Assembly: GCA_036273655.1 (NCBI GenBank)
Contig: DASUHF010000035.1
Coordinates: 3,232-67,231 of the forward strand
Origin: Solirubrobacteraceae bacterium
Lineage (GTDB): Bacteria > Actinomycetota > Thermoleophilia > Solirubrobacterales > Solirubrobacteraceae
DNA: 64,000 nucleotides
Direction of reading: 5' to 3'
A program made the position numbers and the translations under genes. Numbering within the stretch: the first letter of the stretch is position 1; every line of letters begins with the position of its first letter. The notes beneath the pieces are model-generated. The model saw only the letters and a list, made by a program, of their open reading frames with translations, was not told the origin of the DNA and did not search any database. Shown here one piece after another: positions 53,575-63,060 of this stretch.

Positions 53575-53592
53575 ATTGACTGACTAGTCAAT
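53575..53592. promoter_or_regulatory. 7-bp inverted repeat ATTGACT-gact-AGTCAAT immediately upstream of the acyl-CoA dehydrogenase RBS
   Basis: Read directly. The GAAGGAG SD is at 53594-53600 and the ATG at 53606. Confidence 0.3.
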
Positions 53593-53605
53593 CGAAGGAG
53601 CAACC

Positions 53606-54775
53606 ATGGTCGATTTCACGCTCACCGACGAGCAGCAGGACATGCGCGAGATGGCGCACGACTTCGCCGAGAAGGAGATCCGTCCGGTGGCGTGGGACTA
53701 CGACCGCGACGCCACCTGGCCCGGCGAGATCATCGAGAAGGCCTGGGAGTTGGGGATCATGAACACCCATCTGCCGGCCGAGTACGGCGGCCCGGGACTC
53801 GGGACGCTCGACGGCTGCATCATCGAAGAAGAGATCGCCTGGGGATGCTCGGGGATCGGCACCTCGCTGTCGTGCAACGGGTTGGCCGCGACGCCGATCA
53901 AGGTCGCCGCCTCCGAAAAGCTCAAGAAGGAGTACCTCGGCCGCCTCGCCGAGGCGCCGCTGCTGGCCTCGTTCTGCCTGACCGAGCCGGACGCCGGCTC
54001 CGACGTGTCGGGGATGAAGACGACCGCCGTGCGCAAGGGCGACAAGTGGGTGATCAACGGCTCGAAGTGCTTCATCACCAACGGCGAGTACGCCAACTGG
54101 TACACGGTCTATGCCAAGACCGACAAGGAGGCCGGGCACCGCGGCATCTCCTGCTTCATCGTTCCCCGCGACGCGGGCGTCGTCGTCGACAAGCACGAGG
54201 ACAAGATGGGTCAGCGGGCGTCGAACACCGCGACGATCACGTTTCCCGAGGTCGAGATCCCGCTCGATCACCTCGTCGGCGAGGAGAACAAGGGCTTCAA
54301 GATCGCGATGATGACGCTCGATCGCACCCGTCCCGGCGTCGCCGCGATGGGCGTCGGCGTCGGCCGCGCCGCGATGGAGATGGCCGCCGAATATGCCAAA
54401 CAGCGCGTCCAGTTCGGCGTGCCGATCGCGATGCACGAGGCGATCCAGTTCATGATCGCCGACATGGCCACCAAGGTCCATCTCGGCCGGCTCGCGACGT
54501 GGAACTCGGCCGTGCTGCTCGACCAGGGCAAGCGCAACACGATCGAGTCCTCGCACGCCAAGCGCTTCACCGCCGACTCCGCGATGGAGATCACGACCGA
54601 CGCGGTCCAGGTGTTCGGCGGCTACGGCTTCATCAAGGAGTACAAGATCGAGAAGCTGATGCGTGACGCGAAGATCCTGCAGCTGTACGAGGGCACCGCG
54701 CAGATCCAGCGGCTCGTGATCGCGCGCGAGACGCTGTTGCCGCGTCGCGTCGCCGAGCCCGCGGCGGCGGCGTAG
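53606..54775 (+). CDS. acyl-CoA dehydrogenase (short/medium-chain type)
   Basis: 389 aa. FCLTEPDAGSDVSGMKTTA, INGSKCFITNG, and C-terminal QVFGGYGFIKEY...YEGTAQIQRLVIAR. Confidence 0.92.
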   Translation: MVDFTLTDEQQDMREMAHDFAEKEIRPVAWDYDRDATWPGEIIEKAWELGIMNTHLPAEYGGPGLGTLDGCIIEEEIAWGCSGIGTSLSCNGLAATPIKVAASEKLKKEYLGRLAEAPLLASFCLTEPDAGSDVSGMKTTAVRKGDKWVINGSKCFITNGEYANWYTVYAKTDKEAGHRGISCFIVPRDAGVVVDKHEDKMGQRASNTATITFPEVEIPLDHLVGEENKGFKIAMMTLDRTRPGVAAMGVGVGRAAMEMAAEYAKQRVQFGVPIAMHEAIQFMIADMATKVHLGRLATWNSAVLLDQGKRNTIESSHAKRFTADSAMEITTDAVQVFGGYGFIKEYKIEKLMRDAKILQLYEGTAQIQRLVIARETLLPRRVAEPAAAA

Positions 54776-54782
54776 TCGTCGC

Positions 54783-55436
54783 TCAGCCGAGCTCGTCGCG
54801 CAGCAGCCCGTAGACGCGGACGTCGACGCGGCGGCCTTCGAGGTCGACCGCGTCCCGCCGCAGCGTCCCCTCGTGGCGAAAGCCGCAGCGCTCGACCACG
54901 CGCTGTGACGGGCCGTTGGCCGTCTCGACCCGGGCCATCAGGCGTTCGAGCCCGAGCGCGGTGAACGCCCAGCGCGCGACCAGCGTGACCGCCGACGTCG
55001 TCCGGCCGTGGCCGCGGCCGCGCTCCAGCAGCCAGTAGCTGACCAGCGCCGTGCGGTTGCGGGGATGAAAGCCCCAGATCGAAACCGAGCCGAGCGCATG
55101 CGTGGGCTCGTCGTGCGTCGTGATCGCGAGCTCGAGGCGCTCGCCGTTTCGACGGGCGGTCTCGGTGCGCTGCAGCCAGGCGGCCGCTTCGTCGGTGCCG
55201 TTGGGCAGCGAGTGGCGGAAGCGGTGCACGAGCGGGTCCTGTCCCGCGGCGACGAGGGTCTGCAGATCCGCGGCTCGCCAGGGGCGAAGGGTGGTGGTGC
55301 CGTCGGTGAGCGGTGGGTCGGGGAACGGCAGCGGGTTGAACGGCCGCGCCGACGGAGGGTCGACGGGTGGCCGTGCGCCGGTGGGCGCCGCCGGCCGCGA
55401 GTCGGCGGCGAACGGCGGCTCTGAAGGGGTCGGCAT
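54783..55436 (-). CDS. GNAT N-acetyltransferase (RimJ/RimL-like)
   Basis: LRPWRAADLQTL, GRGHGRTTSAVTLVARWAF and VETANGPSQRVVERCGFRHEGTLR. ATG at 55436. Confidence 0.8.
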   Translation of the reverse strand: MPTPSEPPFAADSRPAAPTGARPPVDPPSARPFNPLPFPDPPLTDGTTTLRPWRAADLQTLVAAGQDPLVHRFRHSLPNGTDEAAAWLQRTETARRNGERLELAITTHDEPTHALGSVSIWGFHPRNRTALVSYWLLERGRGHGRTTSAVTLVARWAFTALGLERLMARVETANGPSQRVVERCGFRHEGTLRRDAVDLEGRRVDVRVYGLLRDELG

Positions 55437-55660
55437 CCACTCCAGCGTCGCACTTTCTCGGCGTCGCACGTTCGGCGCCACGCTTCGGGCGCCCTGAGTG
55501 ATTCGCCAATCCATCCCCGTCCAGGGTGGGTTGGTTGGCGATGCGTGAGCGATCGTGATCCGTCGCCATCCTGCGTTGAGGCCGCGTGAAATGGCGAGCA
55601 ATTCACGTCCGTGGAAGTCGAGGGGGGTGAAATCGTGGTCGCCAACCGCTCTTACGAGAC

Positions 55661-56698
55661 ATGGCGACAACGCATCCCGCTCCTACGGCAACAACGCGTC
55701 CCTCTCCTCAGACCATGGCGACGACACAATCCCCGATTCGGAGGACGGCGACGCGACGCGGGTGGCCGGAGCGGGCGGTGTCGGCGCTGGGCGCCCAGCA
55801 GCGGCTGCTCGTGTCCCGGCGGCAGCTGCTGGCGCTCGGCGCGGGCCTGGGCTCGATCAACTACGCGCTCGCGCGCGGACGGCTGCATCGATTCGACGCG
55901 GGCGTGTACGCGCTCGTCGAGGAGATCGCGCTGCCGCCGCTGGCGGCCGAGCAGGCGGCGGTTCTCGTGTGCGGCCCGGACATGGTCATCAGCCATCGGT
56001 CGGCCGCGGCGGTGTGGGGTCTCGCCGAGCCATCGGCCGGGCCGGTCGGCGTCACGGTCTTCGGCCGGGCAGCGGGCCGGGCCCGCAGCTGGATCCACTG
56101 TCACCGGACGCGCGCGCTCGACCCGGCCGACATCCGCCACCGCGCCGGGTTGCCGGTCACCGCGCCGGCGCGCACGGTAATCGACTTTGCCGCCGAGAGC
56201 TCCGCGCGCGAGGCCGAGCTGGCGCTCGACCGGGCGCTGGCAGCGCGGCTCACGAGCCGCACCGCCATCCAGGAGGCGATCGCGCGGGCGCCGCGGCGCG
56301 CGGGCGTGGCAACGATCCGGCCGCTGCTCGACCCCGGCCGTGGCAGCACCGCGACCGCCTCGCCTCCGGAGGCGCTGCTGCTCGAGCTCGTCCGCCGCGG
56401 TGGGCTGCCCGAGCCTGAGATCAACGTCTCGCTCGGCGACCCGGGCAGCGCGTCGGCGCTCGACCGCTACCGACCCGACCTGCTGTGGCGCGAGCAGCGG
56501 GTCGTCGTCGAGTTCGACAGCGGGCAGCACCACTCGGGCCGTCACGCGTTCGAGGGCGACCGCCGGCGCGACGCCGAGATGATCGCTGCCGGCTGGACCG
56601 TGATCCGGATCACGTGGACGGAGCTGATCGAGCAGCCCGAGCGCGTGCTCGTGTGGATCGCGACCGCGCTCGCGCGTCGAACGGCGGCCGCTGCTTGA
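55661..56698 (+). CDS. DUF559-family protein, full length (N-terminal wHTH-like region plus C-terminal Vsr-like endonuclease fold)
   Basis: LVSRRQLLALGAGLGSINYALARGRLHRFDAGVYAL, ISHRSAAAVWGL, PEPEINV and VVVEFDSGQHH...RRRDAEMIAAGWTVIRITW. A second in-frame ATG at 55715 is equally plausible. Confidence 0.8.
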   Translation: MATTHPAPTATTRPSPQTMATTQSPIRRTATRRGWPERAVSALGAQQRLLVSRRQLLALGAGLGSINYALARGRLHRFDAGVYALVEEIALPPLAAEQAAVLVCGPDMVISHRSAAAVWGLAEPSAGPVGVTVFGRAAGRARSWIHCHRTRALDPADIRHRAGLPVTAPARTVIDFAAESSAREAELALDRALAARLTSRTAIQEAIARAPRRAGVATIRPLLDPGRGSTATASPPEALLLELVRRGGLPEPEINVSLGDPGSASALDRYRPDLLWREQRVVVEFDSGQHHSGRHAFEGDRRRDAEMIAAGWTVIRITWTELIEQPERVLVWIATALARRTAAAA

Positions 56699-56704
56699 CT
56701 GGAC

Positions 56705-57244
56705 GTGATGTTCCAGATGCGCGACGGAGGCCAAGACGACCTCGGTTGGCTGTTGGGCCTGTTCGACGAGGCGGTCGCGTGGATGGTGCAGCGCGGGCAG
56801 ACCGGGCAGTGGGGCTCGAAGCCGTTCACGGGCGATCCGCAGCGCACCGCGCGCGTCGGCGGCCTGGTCGACTCGGGCGGCCTGCGGGTCGCCGAGCTCG
56901 ACGGCGAGCCGGTTGCGGCGCTCGTGGTCGGGATCGCGCCGCTGTACGTGCCGCCGGCCGACGTGCCCGAGCTGTACGTCAACCTGCTGATCAGCTCGCG
57001 GCGGCACGCGGGCAAGGGGATCGGGTCGCGGCTGGTGCGCCACGCGATCGGCGAGGCGCACGAGCGTGACGCCGAGCAGCTGCGGGTCGACTGCTGGGCG
57101 GGTGCGCCGTCGCTGGTGCGCTGGTACCGCGATCAGGGCTTCGTGCCGACCGCCACCTTCGACGTCGACGGCTGGCCGGGGCAGATCTTCGCGATGCCGC
57201 TCGCGGGCCGCGATCGAATCGGCGCGGGCGCGGGCGCGGGCTGA
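56705..57244 (+). CDS. GNAT-family acetyltransferase
   Basis: YVNLLISSRRHAGKGIGSRLVRHAIGEAHERDAEQLRVDCWAGAPSLVRWYRDQGF. Confidence 0.75.
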   Translation: MMFQMRDGGQDDLGWLLGLFDEAVAWMVQRGQTGQWGSKPFTGDPQRTARVGGLVDSGGLRVAELDGEPVAALVVGIAPLYVPPADVPELYVNLLISSRRHAGKGIGSRLVRHAIGEAHERDAEQLRVDCWAGAPSLVRWYRDQGFVPTATFDVDGWPGQIFAMPLAGRDRIGAGAGAG

Positions 57245-58113
57245 CGCGCCGGCGCGGGCGCGGCCTCGGTCCGACGCAGGAGTACGGTCCCGACTCCGGC
57301 CGCAGCGACCGCCATGCCGACGAACGTCAGCGGGTGCACGGACTCGCCGAGCGCCGGCCACGACGCGATCGCGGTCACCGCGGGAACGAGCAGCAGCAGC
57401 GCCCCGACGCGGCTGGCGTCGATCCGCGAGATCAGCGTCACGAACACGAGCAGGGCGCCGATGCCCATCCCGAGCCCGAGCCACAGGCCGGTGCCGACGA
57501 GCTTCGCAGACAGCTCGTAGCGCCCGCCGGCGATGAGCGCCGCCGGCACGAACAGGACGGCCGCGGTCGCCGACTGCACCGCCGCCGACACGCGCGGGTC
57601 GACGCCGGCCGTCCAGCGCTTCTGCAGCACGGTGCCGCCCGCGAGGCCGAGCATCGAGGAGGCAGTGAACAGCAGGCCGAGGCCGAGCCGGGCGCTGCCG
57701 AGCGACGGGATCAGACCGATCGCGACGCCGCCGAGGCCGGTCACGAGGCCCGCCCACACACGCCGATCGGCGCGCTCGTGGCCGCCGGCGATCGCGAACG
57801 CGGTCGTCAGCAGCGGCGCGCAGCCCAGGACCACGAGCGCCGACAGGCCCGCAGGGACGCCGAGCGCGAAACCCGTGTAGGCGCCGCCGAACTGCGTCAC
57901 CTGCAGCAGCAGCCCGATCACGATCAGCCGCCGCCACGGCGCGCGCCGCAGGTCGCCGTGGCGCGCGGCCAGCGGCAGCGCGGCCAGCGCCGACAGGCCG
58001 AAGCGGGTGGCCAGCAGCGGCAGCGGGCCGGCGGCCTGGATCGCGAGATCGCCGATCACGTAGCCGGAGGCCCACAGCGCTACGAACAGCGGGGCGAGAG
58101 CTCGGTTGGACAT
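57133..58113 (-). CDS. DMT/EamA-family transporter
   Basis: About 10 TM segments with two EamA-like halves. The start at MSNRALAPLF (58113) is preferred over 58149. The 3' tail overlaps the convergent GNAT gene by 112 nt. Confidence 0.8.
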   Translation of the reverse strand: MSNRALAPLFVALWASGYVIGDLAIQAAGPLPLLATRFGLSALAALPLAARHGDLRRAPWRRLIVIGLLLQVTQFGGAYTGFALGVPAGLSALVVLGCAPLLTTAFAIAGGHERADRRVWAGLVTGLGGVAIGLIPSLGSARLGLGLLFTASSMLGLAGGTVLQKRWTAGVDPRVSAAVQSATAAVLFVPAALIAGGRYELSAKLVGTGLWLGLGMGIGALLVFVTLISRIDASRVGALLLLVPAVTAIASWPALGESVHPLTFVGMAVAAAGVGTVLLRRTEAAPAPARQPAPAPAPIRSRPASGIAKICPGQPSTSKVAVGTKP

Positions 58114-58231
58114 GACGACGATCCTCGATGCCGGGCGGCGAGGCAGCAATCACTCACGCAGGCATGATCGATGCCGATGCGTTATCGGTCGCTTGCAAGG
58201 GCGCCGCGTGCCTGCCACGATCGTCCTCACG

Positions 58232-59092
58232 ATGGACCTCGATCCCACGCATCTGCGCTCGTTCGACGCGATCGTCCGCCACGGCGGCTACCACCGGGCG
58301 GCCGAGGCGCTGCACCTGACGCAGCCGGCGATCAGCCGCCACATCCGCCGGCTCGAGCAGCAGCTCGGCGAGCCGCTGTTTCGCAAGCGCGGCCGCGGTG
58401 TGGAGCTGACCTCGTTCGGGGCCCGTGCCGTCGAGGAGCTCGGCGCGGTGCTCGACGCTCACGATCGCGCCGTCTCGCGGTTGCTGCGCGACGAGCGGGC
58501 GCCGTTCGTGCTCGGCACCGTCGACAACCTGTCCGAGCCACTGCTGCCCGAGCTGCTGGCGATCGTCCGCGGCCACCTCGGCGACCGCGGGCTGCGGCTG
58601 CGCGTCGACCGCTCACGGGTGCTCGCCGAGAGCTTCGGACGCGGCGAGCTCGACGCCGCGCTGGTGATGGATCCCCGCGGCGACAGTCGCGGGGTCAGGC
58701 TCGGCGAGCTGCCGCTGCGATGGTGGACGGCCGCATCGCTTGACGCGCCCGCGACGCTGCCTGCGCAGGTGCCGCTCGTCGCCTACGAGTCGCCGTGCAG
58801 CTTCCGCGAGCTCGCGATCGCGCGGATCCGGGAGCTCGGCGCAGAACCGCTTGTGACCGCCGAGGCGCCGCATCTGTCCGGGGTCGCCACCGCGGCCCGC
58901 AACGGGCTCGGGTATGCGCTGTTGCCGTTCGGCGGCGATGGGCTGCGCGCGATCTGCGAGGGCCCGCTCGCCGAGCGGCTCCAAGCGCCGCTGTGGCTGC
59001 TGGCGACGCCCGAGCACGCGGCGCTGGCCGAGCCGATGCGCGTCGCGATGGTCCGCGCCGCGGCCCGGCCGCGGCTGGCCGTCGCCGCCTGA
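58232..59092 (+). CDS. LysR-family transcriptional regulator
   Basis: MDLDPTHLRSFDAIVRHGGYHRAAEALHLTQPAISRHIRRLEQQLGEPLFRKRGRGVELT. It is divergent from the EamA gene. Confidence 0.88.
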   Translation: MDLDPTHLRSFDAIVRHGGYHRAAEALHLTQPAISRHIRRLEQQLGEPLFRKRGRGVELTSFGARAVEELGAVLDAHDRAVSRLLRDERAPFVLGTVDNLSEPLLPELLAIVRGHLGDRGLRLRVDRSRVLAESFGRGELDAALVMDPRGDSRGVRLGELPLRWWTAASLDAPATLPAQVPLVAYESPCSFRELAIARIRELGAEPLVTAEAPHLSGVATAARNGLGYALLPFGGDGLRAICEGPLAERLQAPLWLLATPEHAALAEPMRVAMVRAAARPRLAVAA

Positions 59093-59126
59093 CCGAACCT
59101 CAGCGCGGTTCGCCTGCTCGGGTGCG

Positions 59127-60119
59127 TCACCACCAGCCCTTGCGCCTGAACCAGATCGCCATCATCGCCACCGAGGCGACCAGCAGCCCGATCCCGAGCA
59201 CCCAGAACGACCACGCCGAATCGATGAAGTCGGTGGTGAGCAGCGAGAAGTTCTGGCCGAAGAACCCGGTCAGGAACGTCAGCGGCAAGAAGATCGTCGC
59301 GATGATCGTCAGCTGCTTGTTGATCTCGCCCTGGTTGTTGGCGACCTGTGACAGATAGAGGTCGCTTGCGCCCGACAGCAGGTCGCGGTAGGAGTCGACG
59401 AGCTCGGAGATCCGGATCAGGCTGTCGTACAGGTCGCGGAAATAGAGCTTGTCGTCGGTGTCGAGCCCGGGCAGCGCTGCGATGTCATCGCCGCGGCGCT
59501 GGAACATGTCGCGCATCGGCGTGACCACCCGGCGCATCGACACGAGGTCTCGCTTGAGCGAGAAGATCGCCTGCAGCTGATCGGAGCTGATGCGCTGGAT
59601 CACGGCATCCTCGAGCGCATCGATCTGGTCGTCGACGCGCTCGAGCACCGGCACGAACGTGGAGACCACCGCGTCGAGGATCTTGTAGACGAGGAACTGC
59701 TCGGAGCGAATCTGACGGTCGTGGCATTCGCTGCGAAGCTCGTCGAGGGACTCGTTTCGGCTGGGATGGATCGTCACCACGGCCTGGCCGTGGATGATCA
59801 TGTGCACCTCTCGCAGCAGCCGATCGCCGGACTTGGTGTCCGGATCGACACCGAACACGACGAGGTAGACGTAGTCCTCGTAGTCCTCGATCTTCGGACG
59901 CTGGCCGAACGTCTTTGCGTCGTCGATCGTCAGCGGGTGCAGCTTCATGTGGCGAGCGACTTCCTGAAGCTCTGCCTCCTTCGGTCCCTCCAGGTCGATC
60001 CAGGCAAACCCGTCCTCGCGGATGTGCCGGGAGATGTCCGCCCCGTCGGGGTTGTGCAGGCACCGAGCCCGCAGGCGGTGGCGATCGCGCGATCCAGACG
60101 CCGGTGCGGTGTCGCTCAC
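59127..60119 (-). CDS. corA: CorA-family divalent-cation channel with a GQN variant of the GMN signature
   Basis: LTIIATIFLPLTFLTGFFGQNF followed by a second TM helix and a basic C-terminus. Confidence 0.85.
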   Translation of the reverse strand: MSDTAPASGSRDRHRLRARCLHNPDGADISRHIREDGFAWIDLEGPKEAELQEVARHMKLHPLTIDDAKTFGQRPKIEDYEDYVYLVVFGVDPDTKSGDRLLREVHMIIHGQAVVTIHPSRNESLDELRSECHDRQIRSEQFLVYKILDAVVSTFVPVLERVDDQIDALEDAVIQRISSDQLQAIFSLKRDLVSMRRVVTPMRDMFQRRGDDIAALPGLDTDDKLYFRDLYDSLIRISELVDSYRDLLSGASDLYLSQVANNQGEINKQLTIIATIFLPLTFLTGFFGQNFSLLTTDFIDSAWSFWVLGIGLLVASVAMMAIWFRRKGWW

Positions 60120-60134
60120 CTGGCGAAACGTACC

Positions 60135-61037
60135 TCAGTCGGTCGCGCTGAACTCCCAGATCGCGGCGCCGAGCATCACCAGCCCGAGCCCGACCACGAC
60201 CGCCGCCTCGAGCAGCGTCGGCACCCGCCAGCCCCACCAGGTGATCCCCGGATCGAGCGCATGGCGCGCGGCGGCGGAGATGTCGAGGTGGTTGAAGACG
60301 ACCCGTCGCATCGGATCGACCGCGTACGTCAGCGGGTCGACCCGGTTGAGCACGGTCAGCCAGCCGGGCAGTCCCGAGGCCGGGAACAACGCCCCGGAGA
60401 TGAAGAACATCGGCGTGATCACCATCTGCATCACGCCCATGAACGACTGCATCTGCTTGATTCGCACCGCGATCATCACGCCGAAGGCGGTGATCGAGAA
60501 CGCCAGCAGCAGCTGCAACACGAGCACCTCGATGATCATCAGCGGGTCGTACGGAACGTGTACGGCGCCCGCCAGGCACAGCACGATCACGCCCTGGGTG
60601 CTGGCCACGGTCGCGCCGCCGAGGCACTTGCCGATCACGATCGAGCTGCGGCGGATGGGCGCGACCATCATCTCGCGCAGGAACCCGTACTCGCGGTCCC
60701 AGACGATCGAGGCGGCCGAGAACATCGCCGTGAACAACACCGAGATCGCGAGGATCCCCGGATAGATGAACGTCTTCAGCTGCACGCCGTGGGTGCTCGC
60801 CGCCGACAGCTGCTGCAGTCCCGAGCCGAGCACGAACAAAAACAGCAGCGGCTGCACGAGCACGGTGACGATCCGCAGGCGGTCGGAGAAGTAGCGGATC
60901 AGCTCTCGTTTCCAGACGATCTTGATCGCGCGCAGCTCGGACTTCAGCGTGCGCTCCGGGACCGTGACGCGGACGATCGGCGCGGTCGCCGCCGCCGGCT
61001 GTTCCTCGGGCCGGGTCGGCTCGGTCGTCGTGCTCAT
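60135..61037 (-). CDS. ABC-2-type transporter permease (DrrB-like)
   Basis: 300 aa, 6 TM, with ABC-2-like IVWDREYGFLREMMVAPIRRSSIVIGK. Confidence 0.85.
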   Translation of the reverse strand: MSTTTEPTRPEEQPAAATAPIVRVTVPERTLKSELRAIKIVWKRELIRYFSDRLRIVTVLVQPLLFLFVLGSGLQQLSAASTHGVQLKTFIYPGILAISVLFTAMFSAASIVWDREYGFLREMMVAPIRRSSIVIGKCLGGATVASTQGVIVLCLAGAVHVPYDPLMIIEVLVLQLLLAFSITAFGVMIAVRIKQMQSFMGVMQMVITPMFFISGALFPASGLPGWLTVLNRVDPLTYAVDPMRRVVFNHLDISAAARHALDPGITWWGWRVPTLLEAAVVVGLGLVMLGAAIWEFSATD

Positions 61038-62071
61038 CGACGACCGCCGCTCATCATCTGCATCATCACCCGGTTGCGGTGCTTGGACTGGTCCTCCTCG
61101 GCGTCGCGGATCGTCGTGCCCGTGTAGGACATGAACACGTCGTCGAGCGTTGGGCGGCTGACCGCGACCGAGAGGATCGGCAGCTCGAATTCGGCGAACA
61201 GGCGCGGCACGAACGCCTCGCCGCCGACGACGCCGAACACGACCGCGCCCTCCGACACCTGCGCCTCGAGCCCGAACTGCCGCGCGAGCGCGTCGATCGC
61301 GGCCTCGTTGTCGTCGGTCTGGATCGTCACGCGGTCGCGGCCGACGGTCGCCTTCAGCGCCTCGGGCGTGTCGAGCGCGACGATCTCGCCGTGGTCCATG
61401 ATCGCGATCCGGTCACACCACTCGGCCTCGTCCATGTAGTGCGTGGTCATGAAGATCGTGATCTCCTCGCGCTGCTGCAGCTGCTGGATGTAGCTCCAGA
61501 TCGAGCGGCGCGTCTGGGGATCGAGGCCGATCGTCGGCTCGTCGAGGAACAGCACCCGCGGCGAGTGCATCAGGCCGCGCGCGATCTCCAGCCGCCTGCG
61601 CATCCCGCCCGAGAACGTGCCGACGGTCCCGTCGCGGCGCTCCCACAGCCCGACCATCTCCATCACCTGGCGCATGCGCGGCTTGACGAGGCTGCCCTCG
61701 ACCCCGTACAGCTCGGCGTGCAGCTGCAGGTTCTGGGCCGCGGTCAGGTAGCCGTCGAGCGTCGGGTCCTGGAATACGAGCCCGATGTTGCGGCGCACGT
61801 CGTCGCGCTCGGAGACGACGTCGTGGCCGGCCACACGCGCCGAGCCCGAACTGGGCCTGGCGAGCGTGCAGAGCATGTTGATCGTCGTCGACTTGCCGGC
61901 GCCGTTGGGGCCGAGGAAGCCGAACACTTCGCCCGGCGCGACCTCGAAGTCGATGCCCCGCACGGCCCGGACCTCGCCGTAGTGCTTGGCGAGGTCCGTG
62001 ACCGAGATCGCCGGGGTGGTGACTGCGGGTCGGCCGGAGGAGTCGACTGCGGTCGGCGCCATCGCGGCCAT
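61034..62071 (-). CDS. ABC transporter ATPase (DrrA/daunorubicin-resistance type)
   Basis: GFLGPNGAGKSTTI, FSGGMRRRLEIARGL and LFLDEPTIGLDP. ATG at 62071; the upstream part of the track ORF overlaps padR. Confidence 0.88.
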   Translation of the reverse strand: MAAMAPTAVDSSGRPAVTTPAISVTDLAKHYGEVRAVRGIDFEVAPGEVFGFLGPNGAGKSTTINMLCTLARPSSGSARVAGHDVVSERDDVRRNIGLVFQDPTLDGYLTAAQNLQLHAELYGVEGSLVKPRMRQVMEMVGLWERRDGTVGTFSGGMRRRLEIARGLMHSPRVLFLDEPTIGLDPQTRRSIWSYIQQLQQREEITIFMTTHYMDEAEWCDRIAIMDHGEIVALDTPEALKATVGRDRVTIQTDDNEAAIDALARQFGLEAQVSEGAVVFGVVGGEAFVPRLFAEFELPILSVAVSRPTLDDVFMSYTGTTIRDAEEDQSKHRNRVMMQMMSGGRR

Positions 62072-62075
62072 TACG

Positions 62076-62993
62076 TTAGCCCTCGTCGTGGCCGTTGTCG
62101 TCCTGCGGTGCCTCGCCGTCACCGGCGTCTGCGGCGTCGCTGTCGGCGGCTCCTGCCGGGTCTGTGTCGTCGGCGTCGTCGGGCTCGATGTCATCGGCGT
62201 CGTCGGGGTCCTCGGCGAGGATCCCGTACAGCCCGCGCCGGGTCTCGTGCAGGAGTTTCAGCGCCCGCTCGCGCTGCTCGTCGGTCCCGACCGAGGCCAC
62301 CTGCCAGACGGCCTTGCCGATCCCGATCACGAGCGGGCCGAGCTCGGCCATCGCATGTTCGGAGCGGTCGTCGGCGGGCGTCCACGGGTCCGGCTCGCCG
62401 GCCCGGGTCTCGAGCTGCTCACGGCCCGCGTCGGTGATCTCGAACGCACGCCGGCCCTCGGCCTGGATCGTTCCGATCAGGCCCTCGTCCTCGAGCTGGG
62501 ACAGGGTCGGGTACATCGAGCCGGGGCTCGGACGCCAGTGGCCGCCCGAGCGCTCCTCGATCTCCTGCATCAGCTGGTAGCCGTTGCGGGGCTCCTCCGC
62601 CAGCAGTCGCAAGACCGCGAGGCGCACGTCGCCGCGACGCGCGCGGCCACGGCCGCGCCCGCGACCCCGCGGGCCGCCGAAGCCCGGGCCGCCGAAGCCG
62701 CGCAGCCGGCGCAGCGCGATCAGCTCGTCGAGCTCCTCGGGCGTCGGGCGCCGGTGGCCGCGGGGGCCGACCTTGCCGGCGCGGCTCAGCACCCAGCTCG
62801 CCAGCGCCTCGAGGTCGCTCTGGCCGCCGCCGTGGCGCCCGGAGCCGCCGCGGTGTCCACCGCAGCGCTCGTCATGCAGCCGCTCGCGCTCGTCGCCGGG
62901 ACGGCCGCGCTCGGCTCCGAAGCCGCGTCCGCGGCTCCATTGTTGTCCCCAGGGGCCTTGCCCTGGCCATTCGTGTGCGTATGCACCGGTCAT
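62076..62993 (-). CDS. PadR-family transcriptional regulator with a Gly/Arg-rich N-terminal and an acidic C-terminal extension
   Basis: GDVRLAVLRLLAEEPRNGYQLMQEIEERSGGHWRPSPGSMYPTLSQLEDEGLI is the PadR wHTH core. Confidence 0.88.
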   Translation of the reverse strand: MTGAYAHEWPGQGPWGQQWSRGRGFGAERGRPGDERERLHDERCGGHRGGSGRHGGGQSDLEALASWVLSRAGKVGPRGHRRPTPEELDELIALRRLRGFGGPGFGGPRGRGRGRGRARRGDVRLAVLRLLAEEPRNGYQLMQEIEERSGGHWRPSPGSMYPTLSQLEDEGLIGTIQAEGRRAFEITDAGREQLETRAGEPDPWTPADDRSEHAMAELGPLVIGIGKAVWQVASVGTDEQRERALKLLHETRRGLYGILAEDPDDADDIEPDDADDTDPAGAADSDAADAGDGEAPQDDNGHDEG

Positions 62994-63025
62994 GTCGTGT
63001 TTCCCTTCGTAGAGGTTGTCGTATG

Positions 63026-63060
63026 TCGCCGAGTGTCGGCGATGTAGTAACGATATATCG
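63026..63060. promoter_or_regulatory. palindromes in the lower-GC padR upstream region (candidate PadR operators)
   Basis: TCGCCGA-gtg-TCGGCGA (63026-63042) is flanked by ATG/TGT. CGATATATCG (63051-63060) is a 10-bp perfect palindrome. Confidence 0.3.

Noticed and set aside
55659-55734. Imperfect direct repeat of about 20 nt (acATGGCGACaACgCAtCCC / accATGGCGACgACaCAatCCCC, 54 nt apart) at the 5' end of the DUF559 gene
   Set aside because: There are only two degenerate copies. The simplest explanation is a small in-frame duplication creating two alternative ATGs, with no further structure.
57133-57244. 112-nt convergent overlap of the EamA and GNAT genes as a possible functional overlapping-gene arrangement
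   Set aside because: The conserved parts of both proteins end before the overlap. The EamA tail (APAPARQPAPAPAPIRS...) looks like read-through caused by stop-codon scarcity in GC-rich DNA.
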